Shown here in pieces: positions 1-13,835 of a stretch of 64,000 bases of DNA. The first letter of the stretch is position 1, and each line of letters starts with the position of its first letter. Source of the DNA: Eledone cirrhosa (lineage: Eukaryota); the NCBI GenBank assembly GCA_964016885.1, contig OZ024750.1, positions 15,686,001-15,750,000 of the forward strand, in the 5' to 3' direction. A program made the position numbers and the translations under genes. The notes beneath the pieces were generated by a model. That model was not told where the DNA came from. It saw only the letters and a program-made list of their open reading frames with translations, and did not search any database.

Positions 1-208
1 TTCATTTGTTTACTTAAGAAATTCTTCTATTTCCAGGAAAAGACAAAAATAAATGAGAGCAAATTCCCTATTTGAATGATTGTTATTAAAGAAGAATATA
101 GGGCAGTGGGTTGTTAGTATTGGCAGAGTGTCAGATAACATGCTTCATAGTGTTTAATTGTTGTTGTTGTTGTAATTGCTGTTCTTCTTCTTCGGTAGAC
201 GTATAGAA

Positions 209-430
209 TAATTGTTTCTATTTTTGGCATAAGGCCTACAATTTTTTGGGGGGAAGGGGAAAGTCGATTAAATCGACCCCAGTGCATGACTGGTACTTTA
301 TTTTATCGACCACCGTAAGGATGAAAGGCAAAGTTAACCTCGGCGGGATTTGAACTCAGAACATAAAGGGACGTAACTCTATGCTGCGAAGCAGGGTATC
401 CGACACTCTACCGATTCTGCCAATCCACCG
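209..430 (-). mobile_element. tRNA-derived SINE family A copy
   Basis: B-box GAGTTCAAATCC, core GAGGTTAACTTTGCCTTTCATCCTTACG and ATT-type tail; more than 15 copies in the window. Confidence 0.85.
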
Positions 431-1779
431 ATTTTATTTTTTTCAAAAAGTGCGAAATATAAATATGTTCTATCAATCGGTTCTTTATTCTATACGTCTA
501 TCTTCTTCTTCTTCTTCTTCTTCTTCTTCGTCCACTTATCGTAGGGACAGAGTCACTAAGTAAAGATATATATTTACATTAAATTATAAGTTATAAAACA
601 GTAAAAAACCAAAAGGTTATTAAACCTATGGAAACTAAAACAAAATGTTTATTTAAAAAACAAAAACTCCATCATTATCGTCGTGGATTTTATTCCTTGT
701 TTATGGAAATATATTAACAAAGCTTATCACCTTGTGGTTAAACGTTTTTCAAAGGGGAATAACTCTGTTCGGACAATTACTTTAATCTCAGAAACTTACC
801 AGCGGTCTTCTTGTCATGCATTACAAGCATGAGAAACAGGGGAAAAAAATGAAATAAGCCCCACTTATGATTCGAACCATTAACTCTTTCATTACCATAT
901 TTCTAATGAAATACACTACCTATGTGTACCAATTAATTTTTAGAATAAGCAAATATGTTTTTCATTAGTAAGCCGATATTTAGAACATTATTTCATAAAC
1001 AAATTCTATGATAGAAAGTGAAGATAAATATTTCAAAATGAGCAGTTTCGTATCATAAATCAAATTTCAAACGGTTAATATCTTCATGAAATATAATGCT
1101 GAAAATTGATTGTCAATTTAGTTTATCAATAACCAAACTGTAAAAATATTTTTCGACCCACCGGAAAGGTGAATGGTGAAGGGAGACAATTCATAAATTT
1201 CATAATGGAAGAGTTATTTTATCATTAAAAAAAAACACACACACAAAGTTGTTTACGTTTTCATTAAGCAATTACTTCTAAATAGCCTTTAGTGTCTGCT
1301 GTGGCATATTAAAGTTTATATGGTATGTTGTGTAATTCTAAAAGTGTGCTCAAACATCTCAAAATACCCAAATGATACGGACCTCGACGGTTTGGACAAA
1401 TCAACTCTAGTGTGCAGGACCCCAGATGCTGGCCGCCTCATGGTCACAGCGGACAGAATTGAGAAAGCGTTGCCTCAGAGGAGGGCGAGGGAAAAACGCG
1501 TTGGAATAGCTGTTCCAATTCTCTGAGCTCACTTCTGCGAGTGGTCAACTCTGCCCTGATAGTAGTAGGTAGGGGCGCAGGTGGTGAGGGGATCAAGAAC
1601 GCTGGAAGTCTCCACTGCTACAGATTCAACAAAAAATCCTACGGGATAGCAGCTGATACTTTAACAGCTTGTGATTTTCGGCTTGTTGGGCAACGAATCC
1701 TGAGTCTCTTACCTAATGCACCAGGTTGCCGCTAGAGAAGGTGTCACTGTAGGCTACATCACAGATGAGGGGCTTACCA

Positions 1780-1996
1780 CTGCATCAGTTGTTAGCTGCA
1801 TCCTTTAAAACCTCTACGCTTCCTGAAATTTGCCAACACTACACCTTATATCCCCCCTCCATACACACATGTATTTCATGACTCATACACTGTTCATTTT
1901 CCTGACATTTGAACATTATTCTATGTACTATACATGCACCTTTGATGAGTTGTAGTGCACCTGAGCACTGTATACAATAATTTCATTATTATTATT
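1780..1996 (+). mobile_element. CR1-type LINE 3' end with (ATT)n tail
   Basis: Same sequence as 3065-3285 and the reverse complement of 8445-8700. Confidence 0.7.
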
Positions 1997-2498
1997 TCTT
2001 GGTGTCAACATTTATGTCACGCTGTTTACGGCGTGGTTACTAACAAACTTCCGCTGCAACTGTGCCAGTGACCAAGTAATTAACAGTGCGACGAAAATGT
2101 TGACACTAAGAAATAATTGATAAATATAAATGTCAAATTAACATTTTTGTGTGTTTTTCAATGGCTAAAATAACTATTCCATGATTTAATTGCTTTAGTT
2201 TCAATACACAGTCACAGATCAAACCACTTGCCAGACTTGCCAAACTTTGTAGAAAGTAAATCTTTTATTCCTCGTTATTGTTCTTGTTGTTACGTGTATA
2301 TAATAAAATGCGATTCATTCATATTCTTATTTAGTTTCTAGAAAGCTCCATAGGTGAATAGAGCAATAGTGATTTCTAACGTAGGTACAAGCACTGTGAC
2401 AACTCGATTTTGGATTCAGAAAAGCAAAAGAAAAGGACAAATGACATTTAGATACAAATGAGAATTGTCTCCCTTAGACTACATTATTTACTAGTAAA

Positions 2499-2900
2499 TT
2501 CTTCTTCTTCTTCTTCTTCTTCTTCTTCTTCTTGTGAGGGACAGAATCATGAAGTACACCTTCTAGCAGGTCCTGTCAAGAGCAACCCTCTCCAGTTGAT
2601 CCGACTGGATCCCCAAGTGAGACCACCTGAGTTCATGGATGTTACCCAACTATTTTGCCCAGGGTCTTCTACCCCAGGGTCACTTGCCAGTTGGTTTTGC
2701 CAGTAAAATCTGCCCAGTGATTCTTTTCTGTGACATTCTAACCACATATCTGTAATATCAGAGCTGTGATCTCTCAATTTGGAGAAGTAGCAGCTCTACC
2801 TGGAGTGACTCTGATCTCTGAGCTGCGCACTCTTTTGAGTTACATTACTCCAGAGACCCTTTGGAGCAACCCCATTTCAGACACTTGTATTCGCGATCGT
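2499..2900 (-). mobile_element. RTE-type LINE 3' fragment with (GAA)n tail
   Basis: The decayed frame SQL*YYRYVVRMSQKRITGQILLAKPTGK*PWGR resembles the RTE C-terminus. A second copy lies at about 34420-34522 (+). Confidence 0.65.
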
Positions 2901-2929
2901 ATTCTTTTGGTCATTACCCAAGATTCAAG

Positions 2930-3244
2930 ATGGGGAGGAGAGTTAGAAGCAAAATTTCAAACATGGAAGAAGAACCTAGAGTTGAAAGACCTAAAACTAA
3001 ACTTAGCAAAGACGAAAGTGCTAATGAGTAGGAAAGATGACAGTGGGGTGATAGCATCGGGGAAACCTTCATGCTTCCTGAGATTCGCCAACACAATACC
3101 TGAATATCCCCCCTCCATACACACGCACACATGTATTTCATGACTCGTACACTGTTCATTTTCCTGATAGTTGTACATTATTCTATGTACTATACATGCA
3201 CATTTGATGAGTTGCAGTGCATCTGAGCACTGTACACAATAATT

Positions 3245-3284
<40 letters not shown>

Positions 3285-3400
3285 CATAATCTGGCCCTTG
3301 CTCGCCATGTCATTTGCTATGATGAACCCACTGGAAGATTGCTTCTCTGGACTTCAGATGGAAAGAGAAGAGTTGGTCAGCTGTATATCACCTTGAAATC
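2930..3400 (+). mobile_element. Patchwork of LINE fragments: RTE reverse-transcriptase piece, CR1-type tail (3065-3285), further RTE piece
   Basis: WKKNLELKDLKLNLAKTKVL and LARHVICYDEPTGRLLLW resemble RTE ORF motifs; the CR1 tail is shared with 1780-1996. Confidence 0.6.
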
Positions 3401-3897
3401 AATCATTGAAAGACAAAGGACTCAAAGGAATGGATCTGTGTGTTGCAATGGTTGACTGAGGACTCTGGAGCTTGAACTTTGTCAATGCCTCACCACCACT
3501 TCAAGACATCCTCAGACTTAAATATCAAGCACACATTTCCATATTTTTTGCCTTGGTTGAGGTAACGCTCACTCTGTCATACAACAGCCAGTGCTCCCCA
3601 AAACTTTTATTTTGAGGGCTTGTAGAAAATCTTGGCTTTGTTTGAAAAACAAAAGTAGGTTACATTCCTCCACATTATTTACCTAAATTTCTCAAGGAAG
3701 CGATCATTGTCTTTTATAATGTACCCCATCCATAATTCCATTTTGTTGAACTGGTTTATGTGAAAGAGCTTCGTATGATCTACAATGGTTGTAAAAGACA
3801 AAATCTTGTTATTGTCATTGTTGCTGTTGATTGTACTGTTTTTCTTTATATAAATTAATATTTTCAATACTATTCTTTTTAGTGTTTCCCAATGAGT

Positions 3898-3898
3898 A

Positions 3899-3936
<38 letters not shown>

Positions 3937-4036
3937 CATTGCTGCAGATGCAACTGCCACCACTTCCACAACCTCTACTACTACTACCACCACTTCCACC
4001 ACCACAACCACTTCTACTTCTACCACCACCACCACC

Positions 4037-4095
<59 letters not shown>

Positions 4096-4118
4096 TGCCC
4101 CTCCCACTATTACTACTA
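3898..4118. repeat. (TAC)n/(CAC)n compound microsatellite
   Basis: Direct reading; it explains the poly-V/Y/H/P ORFs. Confidence 0.97.
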
Positions 4119-4406
4119 CATACAAATCAGGCTGTGTACGAAATCATTACATAACACCCCAGTATAAAGCAGTATTTCACAATATGTCAAGTAGCAATGC
4201 TTCCATAAGTACTTGGCCGAATTTCTCAATACATAAGTCAGTTAAGTGCTTTGGCTTCAAACTCACTATCTTGTTTGATATTTGATTCTTTCTTCAAGTT
4301 TTTAATGGTTTGTTGTCTTTAGTTTTTAATGGGTGGTTGTCTTTATAAACAAATGTGTTTAAATCATCTGAATGTGTAGTTTGCTGTATGATATATTTTA
4401 TATCAT

Positions 4407-5110
4407 ACTAGCAAAAGAACCCATCATTGCCGGGCACACATTTTATCACTCTAAATAAATACGCCTCACTTTTCAACATGGTCGTCTTTAGATAGCCCCA
4501 GAACTCTGCTATTTTAGGGGAGAGAAAGATTTAAACTATATGTTGACATTTCGGCACTGTAAATAAAGACCCCCCTCCCCCACGCTTCACTTCTGGTAAC
4601 CCCAGAACTCTGCTACTTTAGGGAAGAGAAAGATTTAGCCCTTTAGTATTTACATTACTCTATATATACTACTATCTTTTCACAGTAAAGGCTTTACCTC
4701 ATATAATTATCACACATTATATCGAATCTATGAGATCTTGATATTATTTATTTTGAGAACAATACCTTAACATCAGTATGAGCAGCTGGTTATGGCCAGT
4801 TTATACAGCAAAAGGTGAGAGAGTTCTGGCCGGATATGCCTGGTTTAAATGCTAAAGGGTTAAACTATATGTTGACATTTCGCCACTGTAAATAAAAACC
4901 TCAACCGCTTCACTTCTCAACATGGTCATATTTAGATAGCCCCAGAACTCATCCGTTTTAGGGGAGAGAAAGATTGAAACTATATGTTGACATGCTCCAA
5001 CAGCTAAATTACCTATGTCTCAAGTTTGAACAAAATCAGATGGAAACTGTGGCAATGCATCGACTGCATCCAGACAGACAGATAGACATTTTCGTTTTAA
5101 TATATAGAGA
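4407..5110 (+). mobile_element. Non-autonomous Helitron/Helentron-like element with internal tandem units, interrupted by a TTAA MITE
   Basis: Starts ACTAGC...CCC...CGGG, ends CAGACAGACAGATAGAC...TATATAGAGAT, and has three internal units sharing CCCAGAACTC...AGAAAGAT..AAACTATATGTTGACAT. Confidence 0.55.
4635..4863. mobile_element. piggyBac-type MITE (TIR CCCTTTAGCATTTA, TTAA target)
   Basis: Terminal inverted repeats; neighbouring repeat units provide the empty site. Confidence 0.85.
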
Positions 5111-5619
5111 TTTACGTATTGTTTTTCTATTTTCATGGAAATAATTTTAAGATAAAATAAGGTCATCCTCTTGAATGAAGTGGGTAGAGAGGAGTGTGCT
5201 TTGTTGTTTAGTTATGAAAAACTGAAACAAGTTGTTTAGTAAAGTATGCTGACAAAGGTCATATGTAATGTTACTGTGAACAGTGAGGTTTGAACTCCAG
5301 ACACCTAGTTCCTTATCTACTTAGTCACCCTGTCACCTTGGGACCCTGGCACTCTGGCACCCTGTCTACATGTATTATGTGTCTAAGTTAAGATTAACGG
5401 ATGAGACTAATTTACTGTTGGTAGATGAAAGAGAAGAGAATGTTATAAAAAGAAATAATAATTAGCTTGAGGAAGAGGAAGAGACGGGAGGGGAAGAGGA
5501 GTAGGAGAGGAGAAGGAAGGGGAAAGAAGTATGAGGGGGAAGGAGATGAGAAATGAGAAATAGGGGAGGGGTGCAAAGTGCAATGCACTTGTGTGCAAAG
5601 TGTAATGTTGCATGGTAGT

Positions 5620-6480
5620 GAAACATGAGAATCTTGCTGTATCACATAAGATCTTTTCTCTGCCAACTCTTTAATCCAGGGCTTCTCCACAGTCTCCAGA
5701 ACTCCCTAGGACACATCCTGGTTCACCTTCAGGCTCTCATTAAAAATGTGAGGGAGCATGACATGTCCCTCACTGCTGATCAAGCCAAAACCCATGATGT
5801 GAACAAGAAACTTGGTTTTCATGACCCTGAGAACAACATGTGGGCTAACTGCTAATCACCTGTTATTCTGTTTGCTCTATACCTTGTTCTGACAAAAGCT
5901 TTTTAAATCTGAGAAAAACCACAACACATTTGATTCCAAGGGATGCTTCAACTTTTTCAATAGCTTCTTGGTCCTATTCATGAGGCTCTTCTTGAACTTC
6001 TGAGTGAGCAGTTATTCTGTCTGTATTTTGTAATACTAGTAATGAAGGTCTTCATTTACACAAGTCCTAAGAGTCTTCTCATCACAACCCAGTTACCTGG
6101 CAATCATGCATATCCCAATGGAAGGGACTTCCTCAATGACCTGCTGAACTTTCTGAATGAAATAAGTAACTCTCATCCTTTGTTTATTTTGATTATGAGC
6201 TTTCCTAGCAGCCACAGTGTCATCATCAAAGTCACTGTCCTCTAACTCTTTCTTCACCCTCTTGACTCTGCACGCTGAATTATTTAAGTTGTCAACAATG
6301 GCCTTGTTATTCATGCTGGCCCAAACTGCGTACACCACCACTTTACTTTTCCACTCCTCAGGACACTTGTATTCTTTAAATCTGTCAAGGTGTGTCAGTT
6401 TTTTGAAGCTTGGTACAATATCAGTTTACATTATAGCTTTCAAAGTAGTATATTATTATTTGTTTAAACAGAAGTGTTAC
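5620..6480 (-). mobile_element. Decayed Tc1/mariner-superfamily transposase
   Basis: HTH-like segment ...RVKKELEDSDF...FIQKVQQVIEEVPSIGICMIAR and catalytic-region motif KPWIKELAEKRSYVIQQDS; many stops. Confidence 0.7.
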
Positions 6481-8142
6481 TTCTGAGTCTGCACTCCAGT
6501 GCCAAGAGATTTTGAAGAGTAGATCAAGGAGAAAAGTGTTCTATGTAATGTACAGAGCTAAAATATATTATATGAATAAAATTTCAACACAAATGCATGC
6601 AACCTAAGGTTTCAAACTTTAATCAGTATCAGGCATAAGCATTCTATACTTGCTAGTTTAGTTTGGGCAAAACCAATATGGCTGAAACAAAATAAGATTT
6701 GCATTTGATTTGCTACAAGCTTATCTAACTCTGTAGGTCATTCACAAATTTGATACACTATTATGATTAGATAACAAAAATATTGCTTGAGAAACAATTA
6801 GATCAGACCAGCTTAATTTCTTCTGAAGTTTAGCTCATGAGAAACTGTTTATTTTAAATAATAGAAATACAGGTTATCTGTAATGTAGTATATAGATAGA
6901 TTGACTTTGCCATAAGTTAACCCTGACCAAGCAGACAACCTATGATCAAAACAACTCCAGTCATAACATCCTGTCATTTTAGAGCTATGTGGCCTTATTT
7001 GATCATATATGAGATGGCATATGAGGAAGATTTAGCTGCTATTTCTAGTAGATCAAGAGACCACATAGCGTTTACTGCATTGCTTATTATGTAAAATGCC
7101 AAAGTTGATAGAATGTTGAACAGGCAACTTCAATGTTAAGAGTTCAGATGTGCTACAAACATTTTGTTGTATCTCTGGGTGTGACATATGTTTTTTATTT
7201 GCATTTGTTTGTCTAAATGCTAAGAAAAGTAGAGGATATTTTGAAATGTTGCTATATGTTGCTATATGTCTGGAATGTTTTTCAATGGAAGATCTATCTA
7301 TGAAGTACTTAATGCTGTAAAAGAGAGATTAAACATCAGCCTGATGATCTCTTCTGTCTTACAAAGATATTTATTTATATAATCTAGAATAACTTGACAA
7401 TGATTGGATGAAAATAATGTTATCTATCCTGAATTGTAAATGCATGATGGGTCAATGAGACAAGGTGGTAATTGTAATGTTTTTGAAATATTACATCCTG
7501 TTAAAAGAATGAGACTCTTTCATTTTGCTGTTAGCAAACCCACATAACCTATGTCAAGTATAGTTGTAATCTTTTGAAATGGGAACTCCTTGTTTGGTTG
7601 TGTATGCTGCTGTTCACACTTCTAAGCACTTCTTACATGCATAATTGACCAGCTATTCACCCACCTATTCATTCACCTGTCTATATACATGCATACAAGC
7701 CTACTTGTCGACCTACATACCTACTTTAGTACTTCAATGCATAATTAGAAGCATATATGCATTCATAAATACATAGCTACTTAGGATGTGCATTCATTCA
7801 TATATAGCGATACACAGGTATGTTATACTCTATCTTCCTCTTTCTCTTTCAATATATCACCATTGATAGATTGGCAGAATCATTAGTGTTGCAGTATTTA
7901 GTTATGGTTCTATATGTTTTGGAGTTCAAATCCGACAGCAGTCAAATACAGATTTTCATCCTTCCAAAGGTGATAAAATAAATTACCAGTCAAATACTAG
8001 ATCAATATAATCAACTTTCTCCTCTGCTCCAAAATTGTTGGCTTCATGCCTAAATTAGGAATCATAAGCAGTATTAGTTCTGACTCTTTACATTTCTCCC
8101 CAAACACTTGGCTATATATATTATTATAATATCAACCACACT

Positions 8143-8371
8143 TTAACCCTTTAGCATTTAAACCGACCGTATCTGGCCAGAATTCTCTCAACTCTTTCTC
8201 TTCAAACTGGCAGTAACTGGCCACTCATACTGATGTTAAAGTATTGTCCTCAACTTAAATAACATCAAATTCTCATAGATTCGATATTATGTGAGATAAT
8301 TATGTAAGATAAAACCTTTACTATGAAAATATAATAGTATATATAGATTAATATAAATGCTAAAGGGTTAA
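8143..8371. mobile_element. piggyBac-type TTAA MITE
   Basis: TTAACCCTTTAGCATTTA...TAAATGCTAAAGGGTTAA. Confidence 0.9.
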
Positions 8372-8444
8372 GCTAAATAAATCTCCCAGGTTCAGTCAAT
8401 GTTTTCCTGTGTATTAACATAACTTTCAGCCTGACAGCACACAA

Positions 8445-8765
8445 TTATTATAATAATAATACTAATAATAATGAAATTATTGTGTACAGTTCTCAGGTGC
8501 ACTACAACTCATCAAAGGTGCATGTATAGTACATAGAATAATGTACAAATGTCAGCAAAATGAACAGTGTATGAGTCATGATATTCATGTGTGTGTATGT
8601 ATGGAGGGGGGACATCAGATGTAGTGTTGGCGAATTTCAGGAAGCATGGAGGTTTTAAAGGATGCAGTGTCTCGGCAGCTAACAACTGATGCAGGTAGTT
8701 TGTTCCGTGCTTCAGCAACTTTGAGCGTGATAAAATGTTTCCGAAAGTCATGGGAGCTGTGCATG
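8445..8765 (-). mobile_element. CR1-type LINE 3' end
   Basis: FRKHFITLKVAEARNKLPASVVSCRDTASFK resembles the CR1 ORF2 C-terminus; (ATT)n tail. Confidence 0.75.
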
Positions 8766-9189
8766 TTCATGGGTGTTAGAAATATGGAATTCAAAAAGGT
8801 GGTCGGGGTTGTTGTTGGCAAGATCGTTAATAACTTTGTGGGTGTTTACCAAGGAGTTGCCAGACGGTTACAACCATATACTATAAGAAGATTGAGAGTT
8901 CTAAACATTTTGGCAGAAATATTAATTAAATTGAAATGTGTGGTGTTATTGAAAAAGGTCTTAAATAGCCTCAAAAGAGAGCTATGGGTATTGATTTCCC
9001 TCTAGACTTGCAAATAAAATGACTCTCTGTACAAAACTTGATTCTTATGGCAGATATTTCACCCATTATAGCCAGTAGATTTATAACTATTGTTGCAGAT
9101 AGTATTTGCAATAATGAATCAGCTATTTTATTAACACTGATGTTGGCCTTGTGTTTAAATCAGAAAGCATTATTAACAGCAAAGAAAAC

Positions 9190-9405
9190 ATAACCCTTTA
9201 GCATTTAAACCAGCCATATCCGGCCAGAATTCTCTCACCTCTTTAGGCTGAAACCGGTCATAACCGGCTGCTCATACCAACGTTAAGGTATTGTTCTCAA
9301 AATAAATAACAACAAAATCTCATATATTTGATATTATGTGAGATAAAGCCATTTCTGTAAAAATACAATAGTAAATATATAGTAATGTGAATGCTAAAGG
9401 GTTAA
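9190..9405. mobile_element. piggyBac-type TTAA MITE
   Basis: Same TIRs and body as the other copies. Confidence 0.88.
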
Positions 9406-9575
9406 AATAGAGAAGTCATGTCATTAAAATTGACAGATAGTGAGACAACTCAATAAAATTACAAATATATTTTTTTAGGATATATCATGATACTAACATT
9501 TTCTAGCTATTGTTCAAGTTTTAAATTCCATTCCATTTCTTTTTCTCTTTACACGTATTTCATTGTTGCTGAATG

Positions 9576-10060
9576 AAGGTGCATGGCCTAGTGGTAAGGG
9601 TGTTGCACTTACAATCCTAATATCATGGGTTTGATTCTTTGACTGGGATGTGTGTGATATTCTTGAGCAAAACATTTCATTTCACATTGGAGGCACATGG
9701 CTTAGTGGTTAGAGCATTGGCCTTGCAATCAAAAGGTTGTGAGTTCAATTCTCAGACTGGGTGATGTGTTGTTTCCTTGAGCAAAACACTTTATTTCACA
9801 TTGCTCCAGTTTACTCAGCTGTAGAAATGAGATGATAGGGACTGGGGTCCCTATCACTCCACTGCAAAGTGGTCGTGGAGATGTCACGGCAAAAAAGCAC
9901 CCAGCACTCACTGTAAATGAGGTCGGTGTTAGGAGGGGCATCCAGCTGTAGAAATCAAGCCAGAATCAGTTCCCGTTCCACCCTTGCAAGCAGGGAAACG
10001 CGGACGTAAAATGATGATGATGATGATGATTGCTCCAGTCCACTCAGCTGAACATGAGTA
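9576..10060 (+). mobile_element. tRNA-derived SINE family B copy (about 9689-10030, (GAT)n tail) nested in an older SINE with a related head
   Basis: Two A/B-box heads (TGGCCTAGTGG, TGGCTTAGTGG...GAGTTCAATTC). The outer copy breaks at TTCACATTG and resumes CTCCAGTCCACTCAGCTG after the (GAT)n tail. Confidence 0.75.
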
Positions 10061-10189
10061 ATAGTCATAACTGAAGGTTGACTCTATGATGACTTCTCAG
10101 TCATTTAATGCCAATGAAACCAGGATAAAGATTGCCATGATAAACTTCAACTTGGAAAAGACTTTAACTAAAGTAGAAAAGCCTTTTAC

Positions 10190-10417
10190 TTAACCCTTTA
10201 GCATTTACATTACTCTATATTTACTATTACATTTTCATGGTAAAGGCTGTATTTCACATAATATCTCACATAATATTGACTCTATGAGATTTTGATATTG
10301 TTTATTTTGAGGATAATACTTTAACATCAGTATGAGTGGCTAGTTACAGCTGGTTTGAACAGAAAGAAGTGAGAGAATTCTGGCCGGATATGGCTGGTTT
10401 AAATGCTAAAGGGTTAA
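10190..10417. mobile_element. piggyBac-type TTAA MITE
   Basis: TIRs with TTAA at both ends. Confidence 0.9.
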
Positions 10418-11198
10418 TGGAAGATTATCGGATCAAATCTATCAAATGTCCTTTACATAGTTGGAAGAGCAGAACCATATGTTGTATAAGTTTACATAAT
10501 TGGTTGAGCTATTGTATTCTTGTTGTTTGTGTGTATAATCTTGAAGTCTTCATTTCTTCCTCCAATTGTCAACTCTAATCCAGAAACAGACATGAAGAAA
10601 CTGTCTATTCTAAAGAAGAAAACCCTCAAACTCCTAGGAATCTGCATGCATTTAGCAAGAATACTGTATATAGAAATTCTGCAAATTTTCTTTGTCTAAT
10701 CAATCAATAGTCAAGATAATAGTAACCTTACATATTTTTATTAAAAATAAACATTTAAAAATGAAAAAAAAACAAACAAACAAACAAAAATCATTGAGTT
10801 AGTTGGACATTGTACGATGATGAAGTTGATGTTGATAACACAAAACTGGTTTACAGTTAGCATGTTGTGTAGAAAACATTTACAGAAACTTCACAAAGAA
10901 TAAATTATAAATTAGTTCTTCCTAAACTTTTTACTTTTTTTAAATTCAAGCTGTTTATGAATGCGTCACTTTTAACTGTCAATAAATGCATTTTACATGG
11001 ATTTTCGGTTATTTGCAACCATTTTTTTTTCATAACCCCACTAGTAACAATAGTTGTTCTATTAATGAGGAAAAGATGAAAATTACAGGAGGTAAAGGTA
11101 TGATGCTTTATGGTAAATCATGTAGCATTACTGAAAACATTATTGGTTTCTTGTGATAGACCTAGGGTAAATCAGCCAAACTAATATTTATATATATG

Positions 11199-11379
11199 TA
11201 ACAAAGAGGGTGTGGTAAGATACCAGGTGGACCATAACCCACCAGAGTACTCAATTCTTAGGGTAGTAGAGTGGGTAATAGGAAAATAGTCAGGATCCCA
11301 ATGGCCGAGCTAGATCAATTCAGATCTAGCTGTCGAAATGGCTGGAGCTCAGCCGTTGGGGTCCTGACTCTTTTCCTAT
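11199..11379 (+). mobile_element. Unclassified hairpin-tailed repeat in TA-rich context (older copy)
   Basis: Homologous to 31254-31421. Confidence 0.75.
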
Positions 11380-11382
11380 ATA

Positions 11383-11461
<79 letters not shown>

Positions 11462-12092
11462 ATTAACTAAGGTGTCATTTAAATACAGTTGTTTCTCTGG
11501 CTCGCTGTTCCAGATTTTCACTGAGACAGACCCCAGATTCTCAGCCTTTAATGACCCCATTTTGTAAGGTGTGTGTGTATGTGTTGTGTGTGAATTGCTG
11601 GCAATTACAGCTGTGAACTTTACCTCCTAATTGTACATGTTTACTACTAAATGAACAGAACCATTAAGTGTATTAAGCCAAGTTAAGATCATAGCACTTG
11701 TAACAATATTCAGTTATATATTTGGCTGATAGGTTGAAACTCAATAAAAACACAGTTAGCTATATCTCTCATGATGGTCAACAGACATATTTTAACAATT
11801 AACAACTGAAGCCATATTCTATTCATATATAGTTGATTTGTTGCATTAAAACATAATTTCTTTACTCAACATCCAGTAATTTTCACCAGGTTTTAAAAGT
11901 AATATATTTGGAAAATTATTCTGTGTAAAGGGGGTGGTGGCATGAAATATTTGATGAACAATTTGTGATGTGTTTTTTGGGGAGGAAATATTCACAGATG
12001 AGAAAGAAAAAAGAAATATATATATATATATATATATAATACTGCCTGCTGGATAAGTGGAGTGTTATACACCCCTGATCCTTTCCCTAGCA

Positions 12093-12144
<52 letters not shown>

Positions 12145-12679
12145 TGTGTGTGAGTGAGTAAGAGAATGATAGTGAGAGTGAGGTTAAGTGAAAGTATTTT
12201 AAAAAAAATTCTAATCAGCATTAGCAGATAATGCAATTATGTAGAAAAATAGTTAAGCACAATGGCAGATTTATATAAGATGAAACTTGTCATAAAAGAC
12301 AAGTTTATGAGTGCTGCTAGTTTCAACAGTGAGGCAAACATTGAACTCTCGCCCAAAAATATCAGGGAAATAAATACATGAAAATATACAGGTGAACGTT
12401 CATTCAGGAAATAATGAAAACATTGTTAATATTGCAGATAAAAAAAAACATTTAAAGATATCACAAAATTAAAAATTTCAATATTTTATTTCAGACAAAT
12501 GAAAATTATTATCAATTATCCTTCTTACTTTCAATGTGATTTATATGAATATCATAAGTGAATGTTCAATTCCAAAATAGTAAATATATATATATATTTT
12601 TCTTTACACAAATGGTATTTCTGGTTTTCTTTCATTATTAGTGTTTTTTTAGTATATTATTTTCATTTTAATATAACAT

Positions 12680-12712
<33 letters not shown>

Positions 12713-13384
12713 GAAACACAAATTGTTTATGTGTACACTAAAATTAAGAGGATCAACTCTTGTCTGTACACAATTGTTTTTCAAATGCCCTTATTAACAA
12801 GAAAATTTCTTAACAATCCAATAAAGATGGAACTTATAAAAATGTCTATGGGCAGAAGAAATTAACTGTAGGTCTAAATCGACTGTCAGCATGAACTCTG
12901 TGTGTATATATGTATGTATATGTGTGTAACTGTTTATGCATATATGGTTATATTTTGTGCATTTGTGACATTATGTATATGAAAGTGTGTGCGTTTGCTT
13001 CAATATATAAGGTATGTTAAGGCCCAATAGCCAAATGGATAGTGTACTGGATTGACCCTTAGTGTAAGAGCCATGATTTAATACTCAACAGCAGGGATTG
13101 TACTATGTCCTTAGAAAAGACACTTAACTCAACCTGCCTCAAACTGGAAAGGAGATGGATGGTGTTATAATTGTAATGACCTAAATGGATTAAAGAACAA
13201 AGCAACAAAAATAGGGGTATATGTGTGTTTGTGTGTAGCCGACTGTTCTTTGGTTGATATCATTTAACAATAATAACAATAACTGACAAAATACTGTAAC
13301 CTTTTCTTTCTAAACTCTCAACTGTAATTTGCCCCATTCTCAGTGGAAAAATATAACAACAACAACAATAATAATAATAATAAT

Positions 13385-13835
13385 AATGGTTTCTTATATA
13401 GGCACAAGGCCAACAATTTTTGGGGGAGGGAAAAGTCAATTAAATTGACCCCAGTGCATTACTGGTACTTTATTTTATCAACCTCGTAAGGATGAAAGGC
13501 AAAGCTAACCTCGGAGGGATTTGAACTCAGAACATCCAGGGTCATAACACTATGCCACAAAGCATGTTGTCTGGTGCTCTACCGACACTGTCAATCAACT
13601 GCCCTCATAATTATAATAATTTCTAGAATAGGCACAAGGCCAGTAATTTTTTTTTTGGGGGGGGGGGAGGGGGGAAGTCGATTAAATCGACCCAGTACAT
13701 TACTGGGACTTTATTTTATCGACCCCGTAAGGATGAAAGGCAAAGTTAACCTCGGCGGGATTTGAACTAAGATCATAAAGGGCCGTAACACTATGCTGCA
13801 AAGCATGGCGTCCGACCCCCTACTGATACTGCCAA
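13385..13835 (-). mobile_element. Two tandem SINE family A copies
   Basis: Copies at about 13385-13605 and 13618-13835. Confidence 0.88.

Noticed and set aside
3679-4167. Poly-V, poly-Y/H and poly-P/L ORFs
   Set aside because: They come from a trinucleotide microsatellite and have no splice or domain context.
9689-9770. tRNA-like A/B boxes
   Set aside because: This is a SINE head that continues into a repeated body and tail. I could not see an intact cloverleaf.
12682-12710. Long T run (poly-A on the minus strand) as a retrocopy tail
   Set aside because: No adjacent recognisable retroposed body or target-site duplication.
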